A stretch of DNA of 64,000 bases from Deferribacterales bacterium (GTDB lineage: Bacteria; Chrysiogenota; Deferribacteres; Deferribacterales; Geovibrionaceae). The translations under genes were made by a program, and so were the position numbers. Positions within the stretch are counted from its first letter, which is position 1. Each line of letters begins with the position of its first letter. Below, one piece after another: positions 28,942 to 39,062 of the stretch. The notes beneath the pieces are model-generated. The model saw only the letters and a list, made by a program, of their open reading frames with translations, made no database searches and was not told the origin of the DNA. Where the stretch lies: contig JBFWLW010000003.1 in NCBI GenBank assembly GCA_050251945.1, positions 192,001 to 256,000 of the forward strand, read 5' to 3'.

Positions 28942-29780
28942 CTTAATTCCCCTCTGATGGTCTTGATTATCCTGTCAAGCTCATCATTGTTGGTATATTT
29001 TATTTCAATAGTTCCGCCGTCTTTTCTGGACTTTATCTCAACCTGAGTTTTGAAAAACTCTTCCATCTCGCTTTTCAGGCTTAAAAGGAAAACGTTCTCA
29101 TTCTTTTCAACCTTCTCCGGTTCGGGCTTTTCCTTTTTCGAGGCAAGCTTTTCCACTTCACGGACAGAAAGGTTATTTTCTATTATTTTAATGAGTATTT
29201 CAACAGCCTTTTTCTCATCCAGACCAATGAGACACCTTGCGTGCCCCTCTGTAATCTGTTTAAGCTCCAGCGCTTCTATAACACGGGCGGGCAGCCCCAG
29301 AAGGCGGATTGTGTTCGCAACAGCGGAACGGCTTTTACCGACGACGTCCGAAACGTCTTCCTGACGATATCCGTGCGTGTCCATAAGGTTTTTGTATGCC
29401 CGGGCAAGTTCAAGAGCGCCAAGGTCTTCCCTCTGAATATTCTCAATAAGGGCAAGCTCCATCTGCTCTGATTCCCTTGTTATCTCGCGGACAACGGCGG
29501 GAACTCTGCGCAGACCAGCCAGACCTGCCGCACGCCAGCGCCTTTCTCCTGCGATTATAACGTAGCCTTCTTCTGTATTTGCCAGAACAATAGGCTGGAT
29601 GATACCGTTTCTGCGGATGGATTCCGTAAGTTCCGCAAGAGCCGCCTCGTCAAAGACCTTTCTGGGCTGGTCGGGGTTGGGGTAGATATCTGTGATATCT
29701 ATCTCGCTGACCATGGCTCTGGGCTTGTCAGCTTTTGGAATTAGCGACTCAAGTCCTTTACCCAGTGAGGTTTTTTTCAT
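28938..29780 (-). CDS. parB: Chromosome partitioning protein ParB/Spo0J
   Basis: LGKGL, PNPDQPRK, AGERRWRA, ENIQREDL and HTH KSRSAVAN. Confidence 0.96.
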   Translation of the reverse strand: MKKTSLGKGLESLIPKADKPRAMVSEIDITDIYPNPDQPRKVFDEAALAELTESIRRNGIIQPIVLANTEEGYVIIAGERRWRAAGLAGLRRVPAVVREITRESEQMELALIENIQREDLGALELARAYKNLMDTHGYRQEDVSDVVGKSRSAVANTIRLLGLPARVIEALELKQITEGHARCLIGLDEKKAVEILIKIIENNLSVREVEKLASKKEKPEPEKVEKNENVFLLSLKSEMEEFFKTQVEIKSRKDGGTIEIKYTNNDELDRIIKTIRGELS

Positions 29781-30541
29781 GACATCCTCTCCAGCATCTC
29801 TTTTGCGAGTTCAATATAGCTCGCGGCACCTTTTGATTTCAGGTCGTATTCTATTATGGACTGCCCGAAGCTCGGAGCCTCGGCAAGTTTAACGTTTCTG
29901 GGAATTATGGTTTTGAACAGGCTTTCACTGAAATATTCCTCCACCTGTTTCTGAACCTCTTTTGAAAGATTGTTTCCGGGGTTGTGCATGGTGAGCAGGA
30001 TACCCTCCATCTCAAGTTCTTCGTTCAGGCTTTCGCGTATCAGCCCGATGGTGTTAAGAAGCTGACCAAGCCCCTCCATTGCGTAATACTCGCATTGGAG
30101 CGGTATCAGCACAGAATTTGCCGCCGTAAGGGAATTCACGGTGAGAAGTCCCAGAGATGGCGGACAGTCGATTATTACCAGAGTGTATTCGTCAGAAACC
30201 TTTGCCAGCACCTTTTTGAGCTTGGTCTCTCTGGATATCTCCGTGACAAGCTCAATTTCAGCCGCGGAAAGGTTTATGTTCCCCGGTATTATGTCCAGAT
30301 TCTCCACGCTTGTGTGGATTATTGAATCCTTCGCTTCGGCTCTGCCTATCAGCACATCATAGATAGAAGGCTGACCCTCTTCGAGGGACACACCGAGACC
30401 GCTTGTGGCGTTACCCTGAGGGTCCATATCCACAACAAGCACTTTTGCCTCGGCAAATGCAAGCGCCGAACTTAAGTTTATCGCGGTGGTTGTTTTGCCA
30501 ACACCGCCTTTTTGGTTTGCAATAGCGATAATTTTTCCCAT
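29777..30541 (-). CDS. parA: Chromosome partitioning ATPase ParA/Soj
   Basis: NQKGGVGKTT, DPQGN, DCPPSLG and IPRNVKLAEAPS motifs. Confidence 0.96.
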   Translation of the reverse strand: MGKIIAIANQKGGVGKTTTAINLSSALAFAEAKVLVVDMDPQGNATSGLGVSLEEGQPSIYDVLIGRAEAKDSIIHTSVENLDIIPGNINLSAAEIELVTEISRETKLKKVLAKVSDEYTLVIIDCPPSLGLLTVNSLTAANSVLIPLQCEYYAMEGLGQLLNTIGLIRESLNEELEMEGILLTMHNPGNNLSKEVQKQVEEYFSESLFKTIIPRNVKLAEAPSFGQSIIEYDLKSKGAASYIELAKEMLERMS

Positions 30542-30703
30542 TAGTCTCACAGCCTAATAAATTACAGTATAAAAATCAAGACAGTTTATTATCAGAAGCC
30601 TTTCAGTATACATCATGCGGAGTAAACTTAAAATCGAATTTTTGATATAGTAAATAAAACAAACTCTATTAAACGCAGCCGTTTATTATAAAGTGAATAA
30701 AAA

Positions 30704-31519
30704 TCAGGAGCGCAGCATCCCTCTGATCTTTTCATATACGATGAAAAGAAAAAAACATACGGAAGAAACCGCTATTATACTTGCTCCGGAAGTAAGATTG
30801 AATACATACGCGCAGTAAAGTCCGACAAGGGTGAACACCAGCGACAGTATGCTCGAAAGTATCATCATGCCCTTCAGCGAACAGACCTTCTTCTCCGCTA
30901 TGTAGGGCGGAATAGTGAGCATCGCAATGACCAGAATAAGCCCCACAACTCTTATCAGAAGCACAACAGCCAAAGCGGACATCACCAGCAGAACAGTATA
31001 GATAAGCCCTGAACGAACACCCATGCTCGTTGCGTATTCCATATCGAAGCTTACGGCATGTATCTGGCGGAAATAAAGCAGTACATAGGCTATGATGAAA
31101 ACATCCAGCACTCCCATATACACAAGATCGCTGTCAGGCACCGCAAGGATGCTTCCGAAAAGATAACTCATAAGATCAACGCCGTATCCGGGCGTGAGGT
31201 CAGCCAGAATTATACCGAACGCCATGCCGCATGCCCACATAACACCTATCACGGTATCGGAACGGTTCTTGTCCTTAAGCGTTATAAGCGCCATTATCAC
31301 AGCGGCAACAACTGCGAATATTCCGGCACCAAGAAGTGGGGATATACCCAGAAAGAACGCCAGACCTATGCCGCCGTATGCCGTGTGTGCTATGCCGCCA
31401 GAAATAAAAACTATACGGTTAACGACAACCAGCGTGCCGATTATCCCGCACGCTATTGAGGCAAGTACGCCCGCCCAGATCGCATTCTGTATAAATCCGT
31501 ATGAAAGTATGTCGGTCAT
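30704..31519 (-). CDS. znuB: Zn/Mn ABC transporter permease
   Basis: GGIAHTAYGG, YLFGSIL and VVGLILVIAMLTIP motifs. Confidence 0.85.
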   Translation of the reverse strand: MTDILSYGFIQNAIWAGVLASIACGIIGTLVVVNRIVFISGGIAHTAYGGIGLAFFLGISPLLGAGIFAVVAAVIMALITLKDKNRSDTVIGVMWACGMAFGIILADLTPGYGVDLMSYLFGSILAVPDSDLVYMGVLDVFIIAYVLLYFRQIHAVSFDMEYATSMGVRSGLIYTVLLVMSALAVVLLIRVVGLILVIAMLTIPPYIAEKKVCSLKGMMILSSILSLVFTLVGLYCAYVFNLTSGASIIAVSSVCFFLFIVYEKIRGMLRS

Positions 31520-32280
31520 TTATGCTCCATGAGAACCCTGTGGGGATGTCCGTGCGCCACCAGCTCGACAGGACACTGCGCGTCCGCACCGTATGACATC
31601 TGCATCATCTCTTCCGTAACCTCCGCCTCGTCATGCTTGTGCAGGGTTGTGCTGACACACGCGACGGACGTTGCAAATTTGGGTATTATGGTAAGGTCGT
31701 GGCTGACAACCACGATGGTCATTTTCTCGTTAAGTTTGGCAAGTATGTCGTATATGCGGGTCTGTCCCTCCATATCGACGTTTGAAGCCGGTTCGTCCAG
31801 AAATATAAGTTCCGGTTCGCCTGCAAGTGCGCGCGCCATAAGAACACGCTGACGCTGACCTCCGGAAAGGTCGTCCATCCGGTTTTTCGCTACATTGCTT
31901 ATCTGGAGTTCATCCAGCACCATGCGAACGTAGTCTCTGTCGCTTTTTTTTGTGAAGCCGCCTTTGGAAAGCATCCTGCCCATAAGCGCAGCGTCTTCGA
32001 CGGTTATCGGAAATCCGCCGCCGGATGTAACATTCTGCGGAACGTATCCGATCCTTTTCACTGTTCCGGGCTTCTGCCCAAGAACTTTTATATCGCCGGA
32101 CTGCGGTTTGAGTATCCCCAGAAGTATTTTCAGAAGCGTGCTTTTCCCGCCGCCGTTGGGACCTATCACAGCAAGGAATTCGCCTTTCTTTATGTCGAAT
32201 GTGATATCGCGCAGAACTTCATTGGAACCGTAGGAAAAATTCAGATTTTTAACGCTGACAGCGTTCTCGGTTTCCGACAT
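31516..32280 (-). CDS. znuC: Zn/Mn ABC transporter ATPase
   Basis: GPNGGGKST, GYVPQ, LSGGQRQR and VSHD, plus a His-rich C-terminus. Start MSETEN at 32280. Confidence 0.85.
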   Translation of the reverse strand: MSETENAVSVKNLNFSYGSNEVLRDITFDIKKGEFLAVIGPNGGGKSTLLKILLGILKPQSGDIKVLGQKPGTVKRIGYVPQNVTSGGGFPITVEDAALMGRMLSKGGFTKKSDRDYVRMVLDELQISNVAKNRMDDLSGGQRQRVLMARALAGEPELIFLDEPASNVDMEGQTRIYDILAKLNEKMTIVVVSHDLTIIPKFATSVACVSTTLHKHDEAEVTEEMMQMSYGADAQCPVELVAHGHPHRVLMEHK

Positions 32281-32345
32281 TGTGCCGCCTGAATGAAAAG
32301 AGGGCATCAAAGATGCCCCCTTAAAATCTTATATTAAAGCTAAAT

Positions 32346-33113
32346 TTAAAGACCCATTATGTTATAGCCGTTGTCGACGTATATGACCTCACCCGTTACA
32401 GCGGATGAAAGGTTGCTGGCAAGATAAACGGCTGTTCTGCCCACGTCCTCCTGTGTACAGTTGTCATGCAGGGGTGCGTGTTCCGCTATGTGGTTGAATA
32501 TCTTTTTGAAATCGGATATTCCGGCAGCAGCGAGGGTTTTTATAGGTCCCGCAGAGATAGCGTTAACGCGTATCTTGTTGATGCCGAGGTCTGCCGCAAG
32601 ATAGCGTGTTGACGCTTCAAGCGCCGCCTTGGCAACACCCATAACGTTATAGTTCTGAATGACTCTTTCCGCACCGAGGTACGACATACAGATAATGCTT
32701 CCGCCCTCGTTCATAAGGGGTTCCGCATATTTTGCAATTGCGGGCAGTGAATAAACGCTGATGTCCATTGCCATTGCAAAGTCGGCTCTTTTTGTGTCAA
32801 CGTAGCGGTCTTTCAGAGCGTCGCCGGGTGCATACGCAACCGAGTGAACGAGTATATCAAACTTGCCCCATTTTTCCTTAACAATGTTGAAGCAAGTTTC
32901 TATCTCTTCATCCTTCGTAACATCGCAGGGTACAAGAAACTTCCCTCCGAGTTCTTCGGAAACTTTTGCCACTCTGCTTTCCAGTTTTTCTCCGGCGTAG
33001 CTGAAAGCTACTTCCGCGCCCTGTTCAATGAAATTTCTGGCGATGGCATAAGCGATGCTTTTGTTATTCGCTACACCGAAGACCAATGCCTTTTTACCGT
33101 CGAGAAGTCCCAT
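32346..33113 (-). CDS. fabI: Enoyl-ACP reductase (NADH)
   Basis: GVANNKSIA, YNVMGVAKAALE and ISAGPIKTLA motifs. Confidence 0.96.
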   Translation of the reverse strand: MGLLDGKKALVFGVANNKSIAYAIARNFIEQGAEVAFSYAGEKLESRVAKVSEELGGKFLVPCDVTKDEEIETCFNIVKEKWGKFDILVHSVAYAPGDALKDRYVDTKRADFAMAMDISVYSLPAIAKYAEPLMNEGGSIICMSYLGAERVIQNYNVMGVAKAALEASTRYLAADLGINKIRVNAISAGPIKTLAAAGISDFKKIFNHIAEHAPLHDNCTQEDVGRTAVYLASNLSSAVTGEVIYVDNGYNIMGL

Positions 33114-33135
33114 ACAATCTCCTTGTTAAAACATT

Positions 33136-33164
33136 CTTAAAAACAGCGTCCTGCTGTTTTTAAG
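33136..33164. promoter_or_regulatory. Perfect 12-bp inverted repeat upstream of fabI (terminator or operator)
   Basis: CTTAAAAACAGC-gtcct-GCTGTTTTTAAG. Confidence 0.5.
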
Positions 33165-33262
33165 CTAACGCCGCCACATGCAGAGCCTGTTCCGGCTCAC
33201 ACTTTGCAGACCGTCCGCGGAAAAACCGCAGCACCCTGCACCGTGAGCCACATCCTGTATCA

Positions 33263-34600
33263 TCAAAACATATCAAGAAAGCCTGATATGTCCCTAGTTA
33301 AAACGATTTCTATTTTTTTGTCAAACTCGACTTTTTCAGGGAGATAAAATTTCCTCACTCCCATTTTATAACACTCGGCGATACGGCTCTTCATATTGGA
33401 TACCGGACGCACTGTTCCGGTAAGCCCGACCTCGCCTATGAATGTGGTTTCAGGCGATATCGCCTGCTCCCTGTATGAAGAAACTATCGCGGCGCACAAT
33501 GCAAGGTCTGCGCTGGTCTCAGTTATTTTCATACCGCCGGCGACATTTATATATACGTCACTCCCGGCAAGATTAAGTCCGCCTTTCTTGTCCAGCACCG
33601 CCAGCAGCATGTTCATACGGTTAACGTCTATCCCCATGGCATTACGCTTGGGAAACTGATAAAAAGTCGGCGCAACAAGCGCCTGTACCTCAACCAGAAA
33701 AGCCCTTGTACCCTCTATCACGGGAACGTTCACCCTGCCGGAAACACTTCTGTCCGCATCGTCCGCAAAACTGTAATTTTTAAGCTCTATCAGCCCCTTG
33801 TCGCTCATTTCAAATATGCCGACTTCATCCGTGGGACCGAAACGGTTCTTCACCGAGCGCAGGATGCGAAGCCCGCGGCTGTAGTCCCCTTCAAAGTAAA
33901 GCACTGTGTCAACAAGGTGTTCCAGAAGCTTCGGACCGGCGATATAGCCGTCCTTTGTAACCTGACCAACGATAAGAACCGTTATGGCACGGCTCTTCGC
34001 CACTTCCACAAGTCTATACGTAACGTGCCGCACCTGACCCACAGTTCCAGCCGCCGAATTAAGCTCGGCGGATGCCACCGTCTGGATGGAGTCCAGTACA
34101 ACATAATCAAATTTTTCTGAATCCAGTGCCGAAAGCACGTCCTCAAGGCTGTTGGTCGGCAGTATGCTTATATCCGCAGCGCCGATGCCCAGTCTTTCCG
34201 CCCTCAGCTTTATCTGCGCCGCTGATTCCTCTCCGGAAACATACAGCACTTTTCTGCTTTCAACAGACAGGATACCCGCTGTTTGAAGCATTATTGTCGA
34301 TTTTCCTATGCCCGGCTCGCCGCCCACAAGTATAACGGAACCTTTTACAAGTCCTCCGCCCAATACCTGATCAAGCTCGCCGATACCGGTTTTTGTGCGC
34401 TCTGTCTCAAGTCCGCGCACGTCTCTGAGATTGACCGCGGAAACATAAGGTTCATGGTTTTTTTTGCCCGCCGGGGATGACGGTTCTTCAATCTCTTCAA
34501 CGAAGCTGCTCCAGCTTGAACATTCGGGGCATTTGCCTATCCAGCCCGGCGAAACGTATCCGCAGCTCTGGCAGACAAAGCGGCTCTTCTTTTTTGCCAT
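33263..34600 (-). CDS. radA: DNA repair protein RadA/Sms
   Basis: C4 zinc finger, GEPGIGKST and KNRFG, with a Lon-like C-terminus. Confidence 0.96.
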   Translation of the reverse strand: MAKKKSRFVCQSCGYVSPGWIGKCPECSSWSSFVEEIEEPSSPAGKKNHEPYVSAVNLRDVRGLETERTKTGIGELDQVLGGGLVKGSVILVGGEPGIGKSTIMLQTAGILSVESRKVLYVSGEESAAQIKLRAERLGIGAADISILPTNSLEDVLSALDSEKFDYVVLDSIQTVASAELNSAAGTVGQVRHVTYRLVEVAKSRAITVLIVGQVTKDGYIAGPKLLEHLVDTVLYFEGDYSRGLRILRSVKNRFGPTDEVGIFEMSDKGLIELKNYSFADDADRSVSGRVNVPVIEGTRAFLVEVQALVAPTFYQFPKRNAMGIDVNRMNMLLAVLDKKGGLNLAGSDVYINVAGGMKITETSADLALCAAIVSSYREQAISPETTFIGEVGLTGTVRPVSNMKSRIAECYKMGVRKFYLPEKVEFDKKIEIVLTRDISGFLDMF

Positions 34601-35629
34601 CTATCCGTTCTCGTCCAGAAAATCAGCTACCGACACCCGGTTGGGAGCAGTGAGCCTCAGATGCTCATAAGCCATGGCTGTCGCCATGCGACCTCTGGGT
34701 GTTTTTTTGATGAATCCTCTGTATATCAGATAAGGTTCGATAACGTCCTCGATAGTGTCCCGTTCCTCACTCAGAGTTGCGGCGAGAGTATCCACGCCGA
34801 CGGGACCGCCCTCGTATTTCTCAATTATTGAAAGCAGAAGCGAACGGTCGGAATTATCCAGTCCTTCACGGTCTATCTCAAGCCTTGAAAGCCCCTCGCG
34901 GGCAATTTCAATAGACACGAACCCGTTGTTAAGCACGTCCGCAAAGTCTCTGATACGTCTCAGTATCCTATGGGCTATACGGGGAGTGCCGCGGCTTCTG
35001 GAAGCTATCTCTTTCGCGGCGGCATCCTCTATTTTTGTTTCAAGTATGCCGGCTCCGCGCAGTATTATACTGGTGAGTTCATCTATACCGTAGAATTCGA
35101 GTTTAAGAATCATCCCGAACCTGTCACGAAGAGGGGAGGTGAGAAGTCCTGCGCGGGTTGTCGCACCCACAAGGGTGAAAGGCGGCAGGTCTATCTTTAC
35201 TGTTCTTGCCGCAGGTCCCTGACCTATCAGGATATCGAGTTTATAGTCCTCCATCGCCGGATACAAAATCTCCTCAACATTTGAGTGAAGCCTGTGTATC
35301 TCGTCGATGAACAGTACGTCACCTTCCTGAAGGTTGGTGAGCAGAGCCGCAAGGTCTCCCGCACGCTCTATGACGGGACCGCTGGTGGCGTTTATATTTA
35401 CACCCATTTCGTGGGCTATGATATTTGCGAGGGTAGTCTTCCCGAGTCCGGGAGGACCGTGAAAAAGGCAGTGGTCAAGACTCTGTCCGCGCTGTTTTGC
35501 CGCCTGAACAAAGACCTTCAGATTCTCCTTAACCTTTGACTGACCGACATAATCGTCAAACCCTCCGGGTCTGATGTTCTGCGTCTGAAAGTCTTCCGGC
35601 TGCTTCTCTTTGGAAAAGATGTCTTCCAT
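34601..35629 (-). CDS. ruvB: Holliday junction helicase RuvB
   Basis: [24 protein letters not shown] and TPRGR. Start MEDIFS at 35629. Confidence 0.96.
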   Translation of the reverse strand: MEDIFSKEKQPEDFQTQNIRPGGFDDYVGQSKVKENLKVFVQAAKQRGQSLDHCLFHGPPGLGKTTLANIIAHEMGVNINATSGPVIERAGDLAALLTNLQEGDVLFIDEIHRLHSNVEEILYPAMEDYKLDILIGQGPAARTVKIDLPPFTLVGATTRAGLLTSPLRDRFGMILKLEFYGIDELTSIILRGAGILETKIEDAAAKEIASRSRGTPRIAHRILRRIRDFADVLNNGFVSIEIAREGLSRLEIDREGLDNSDRSLLLSIIEKYEGGPVGVDTLAATLSEERDTIEDVIEPYLIYRGFIKKTPRGRMATAMAYEHLRLTAPNRVSVADFLDENG

Positions 35630-35700
35630 CCGTCCGCCTGTGGATTGATTTAATAGATATACTACAATAGCAGTTTTGCAGATAATTGCAAGGTTTGGGA

Positions 35701-35735
35701 ATAAAATGACGGTGCGGGGGGCTGCCCGCACCGTC
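35701..35735 (-). terminator. GC-rich intrinsic terminator-like hairpin
   Basis: 11-bp stem GACGGTGCGGG/CCCGCACCGTC followed by ATTTTAT on the minus strand. Confidence 0.6.
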
Positions 35736-35921
35736 CCAAGAGGTGGCATTCATGTTATGCCTTTTTAACGGGTGGTTTTGAGGATTAAAAGGGTGTCACC
35801 TTTTATCTAGCAGCTCTGAAAATTATAATAGGACTGTTTTTGTATTTTTAAAGGGGAAATTTCAATAATTGCAGATTTTTTTAGAGCATTTTTCATAAGT
35901 TATGCCGCATATCGGAATACC

Positions 35922-36245
35922 GGACTGCTTCACCCCGGACGGGGTTCGCAGAGACAAGATTTTTATTCCGTCTTCGCGAGGAATAACATGACGACGCGAT
36001 CTGCCACCTTTAGAAATCATATCTTGTTGAAGTACCTACGGTTCAGATTGCTTCGGGCTTTGCCCTCGCAAAGACGGGAAGGAGGCGCTCAAAAACTTTC
36101 TGCTTAAATGTTCGTCATTCAATTTTACGCATGTTTTCCGTCTTCGCGAGGAATAACATGACGACGCGATCTGCCATCTTCAGTGTTCATATGACGTTCG
36201 GGTACCATTGATTCAGATTGCTTCGGGCTTTGCCCTCGCAAAGAC
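35922..36245. repeat. Cluster of five REP units (two tandem REPINs plus one extra unit)
   Basis: Units start at about 35922, 35970, 36045, 36139 and 36215. GTCTTCGCGAGGAATAACATGACGACGCGATCT and AGATTGCTTCGGGCTTTGCCCTCGCAAAGAC each occur twice. Confidence 0.88.
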
Positions 36246-36268
36246 GAAAGGAAGTAGAGTATTAATAC

Positions 36269-36390
36269 TTTCTGCTTAAATGCGAGCAGAACAAGGAAGG
36301 CTTTGCCGAGAGGGCTGCGAGCATACAGATTTGTATGTGAGCAGTTCCGAGGAAAAACTGACGCAGTTATGCGAAGCAGATAAGCGGAAA
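36269..36390. repeat. Second MITE-like short element
   Basis: Imperfect terminal IRs TTTCTGCTTAAATG / CAGATAAGCGGAAA with an internal hairpin. Right-end copy at 2609-2645, left-end remnant at about 36096-36110. Confidence 0.55.
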
Positions 36391-36397
36391 TAAAGCA

Positions 36398-36432
36398 AAT
36401 CCACCCCGACCCTCCTTTACTAAAGGAGGGAG
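36398..36432. repeat. Third-class palindromic REP (CCACCCC.ACCCTCCTTT..AAAGGAGGG)
   Basis: The same motif occurs inside the long MITEs at about 51996-52030 and 56460-56495. Confidence 0.7.
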
Positions 36433-36447
36433 GGTGGAAAAGTAATA

Positions 36448-37698
36448 TTATTTAAGAAATGAGTAGGGGTATTCCGTATGATCCTTATAAGTACCTTCAA
36501 GTATAGCAACCACGTCTTCCACAAACACTAGTTCTTCGTTTGTGGGGATAACAAAGACCCTGACCTTCGATTCAGGAGTGGATATCTCCGTTTCACCGTG
36601 TTTTGCAAAAGTTTTAAGATTTTTCTCTTTGTCCACAATGATGCCCATCGGCTCAAGATTTTCAATAGCCATCTGGCGGATAACACCTGCATTCTCACCG
36701 ACGCCCGCAGTGAACACTATCGCGTCCACTCTGCCGAGCACGGCATAATATGCGCCTATATATTTGCGCAGTCGGTATGCCTCAACCTCAAGTGAGAGAG
36801 CACAGCGGTGCTTATAGTCGTCGTCTTCACAACCGATAACATCGCGTCTGTCGGTAAATCTGCCTGTCATGCCAAGAACGCCGGATTTTTTATTAAGCAG
36901 GTTGTCCATAGCCTTTGCGTCTATGTTCAGCTTCTGCATCATGAAAAGCGGAACGGCAGGGTCAACGTCGCCGCACCTTGTACCCATAACGGCGCCTTCC
37001 AGAGGCGTCATACCCATAGATGTGTCAACACTGATGCCGTTTTTGATAGCAGTGTGGGAAACACCGTTGCCTATGTGCATAGTTATGATGTTACACTCTT
37101 TCGCCGGTTTACGAAGGAGCGACGCCGCACGTTTTGAAACGTAAAGGTGGCTGGTTCCGTGGAAACCGTATCTGCGCACTCCGTATTTTTCGTACCATTC
37201 GTACGGAACGGGGTATGTGTATGCATAGTCCGGCATTGTCTGATGGAATGCCGTGTCGAATATCGCAACGTGAGGAACGTTGGGCATAACCTTCTGCGCG
37301 GCTCTGATACCCGCAAGGTTGGGCGGGTTGTGCAGCGGCGCAAGGTGCGCAACGTCTTCTATTGTTTTAAGCACTTCTTCATTTATAAGCACGCTTCTGG
37401 CAAAAACTTCACCTCCGTGGACAACCCTGTGTCCCACGGCGGATATCTGCTCCATACTGTCGATAACGGCAGTGCTGCCTCTGGAGAGTGTTTTAATGAT
37501 AAGACCGATTGCCGCGGAGTGGTCGTGGCACTCATATTCCTCGCGTACGGTATCCTTTCCCGGAACTTCATGCACAATGAACGAGTCACCGATACCGATC
37601 CTTTCAACCAGACCCTTTGCGACAACCTGTTTGTTGGTCCAGTCGTAAAGCTGATATTTAACCGATGAACTGCCGCAGTTAAGAGCGAGAATATCCAT
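36448..37698 (-). CDS. ackA: Acetate kinase
   Basis: NCGSSSVK, GHRVVHGG, APLHNP, YGFHGTSH and PTNEE motifs. Confidence 0.97.
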   Translation of the reverse strand: MDILALNCGSSSVKYQLYDWTNKQVVAKGLVERIGIGDSFIVHEVPGKDTVREEYECHDHSAAIGLIIKTLSRGSTAVIDSMEQISAVGHRVVHGGEVFARSVLINEEVLKTIEDVAHLAPLHNPPNLAGIRAAQKVMPNVPHVAIFDTAFHQTMPDYAYTYPVPYEWYEKYGVRRYGFHGTSHLYVSKRAASLLRKPAKECNIITMHIGNGVSHTAIKNGISVDTSMGMTPLEGAVMGTRCGDVDPAVPLFMMQKLNIDAKAMDNLLNKKSGVLGMTGRFTDRRDVIGCEDDDYKHRCALSLEVEAYRLRKYIGAYYAVLGRVDAIVFTAGVGENAGVIRQMAIENLEPMGIIVDKEKNLKTFAKHGETEISTPESKVRVFVIPTNEELVFVEDVVAILEGTYKDHTEYPYSFLK

Positions 37699-37711
37699 CT
37701 AAATAAACCCC

Positions 37712-38701
37712 CTAGTCAGCCTGAACGGCGGTTATTGCCGCCACATTGACAATGTCCATGTATTTACATCCTCTGGAGAGGTCGTTGACCGGTTTTGCAA
37801 GCCCCTGTATAACGGGTCCGATAGCCTCTGCGCCGGCTATTCTTTCTACAAGTTTATACCCTATATTTCCTGCGTCAAGCGTCGGGAACACAAGAACATT
37901 CGCAGATCCTGCCACGTCGCTTCCGGGAGCTTTCTTCGCGCCCACCGCAGCAAGCAGCGCAGCATCCGCCTGAAGTTCGCCGTCAATCTTAAGCTCCGGA
38001 GCAATTGACCTGGCTATTTTTGTCGCCTCGATAACCTTTTCAGTTTCGGGACTTTGTGCGCTTCCTTTAGTGGAGAAGGAGAGCATCGCCACTTTTGGCT
38101 CAACCTCAAGAAAAGCTTTGCAGCTGTCCGCAGTCGCCACGGCTATCTCTGCCAGCGTCTGCGCATCAGGATTCGGAATGACCGCACAGTCGGCAAAAAG
38201 AACAGCTCCGTCCTTACCGAACTCAGTTTTGGATGTCACCATAATAAAACAGCTTGATACTGTTTTCATTCCTTTTTTTGTACCTATCACACGGATGGCG
38301 GCGCGAAGTACGTCTCCGGTGGTGTGGCAGGCGCCTGTAACAGCTCCGTGGGCAATACCTTTCTGAACCAGCATGGAACCGAAATAGTTCACATCTTTCA
38401 TGCTGACCTTGGCTTCCTCAAGGGACATGCCTTTTGCCTTTCTGCTTTCATAGTATGTGTTTACAAAATCTTCCAGATATTCGCTGGTCTCAGGGTCTAT
38501 TATTTTGCAGCGGACCTCATAGCCTTTTGATTTGAAAAGCTCTCTGACAGCGTCCTCTTTGCCGAGAACGATGACGTTTGCCAAACCGTTATCCGCTATG
38601 GCGTTTGCCGCATCTATGGTACGTTCATCCCAGCCTTCGGGCAGGACGATGGTTTTGTTCCTCGCCTTTGCTATATCCCAGAACTTCTGCATCAACGACA
38701 T
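37712..38701 (-). CDS. pta: Phosphate acetyltransferase (short type)
   Basis: [34 protein letters not shown] and NDLSRG motifs. Confidence 0.96.
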   Translation of the reverse strand: MSLMQKFWDIAKARNKTIVLPEGWDERTIDAANAIADNGLANVIVLGKEDAVRELFKSKGYEVRCKIIDPETSEYLEDFVNTYYESRKAKGMSLEEAKVSMKDVNYFGSMLVQKGIAHGAVTGACHTTGDVLRAAIRVIGTKKGMKTVSSCFIMVTSKTEFGKDGAVLFADCAVIPNPDAQTLAEIAVATADSCKAFLEVEPKVAMLSFSTKGSAQSPETEKVIEATKIARSIAPELKIDGELQADAALLAAVGAKKAPGSDVAGSANVLVFPTLDAGNIGYKLVERIAGAEAIGPVIQGLAKPVNDLSRGCKYMDIVNVAAITAVQAD

Positions 38702-39062
38702 AAAGACCTCCGAATAGACCAAAATGATACTACGTTTTACATTACATTATAAAAAACATCAATGCAAAATTTTGAATAGGCTATAACGCCCACACAACTG
38801 TTTTTCCTGATAGATTTTTGCATATAAGAATGTAAAATCAATAGTTAAATTCCGGAAATATTTACTGAAATTGGTTTCAACCTAAATATCTTACATATGT
38901 TCGGCGGCATGCAAAAACATAATAAGTACATTTTGACGAAAAATATAAATGCCGTTTGTCTTTTCCCTCCTCGTTCTAAACATATTCTCGGAATCAACCT
39001 TACTGCTTAAAAAAATAGCAACACACCATTGCATATCTAAAATTTTCGTTTTACACTGGGAA

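Noticed and set aside
33170..33255. SRP RNA or tRNA in the radA-fabI spacer
   Set aside because: It lacks the SRP CAGG..GGAA..AGCA motif and any cloverleaf or T-loop. Retained only as an unknown structure.
24023..35629. Incomplete operons (opp without ATPases, znuCB without znuA, ruvB without ruvA)
   Set aside because: Split operons are common and the genes look intact. Partners are probably elsewhere.
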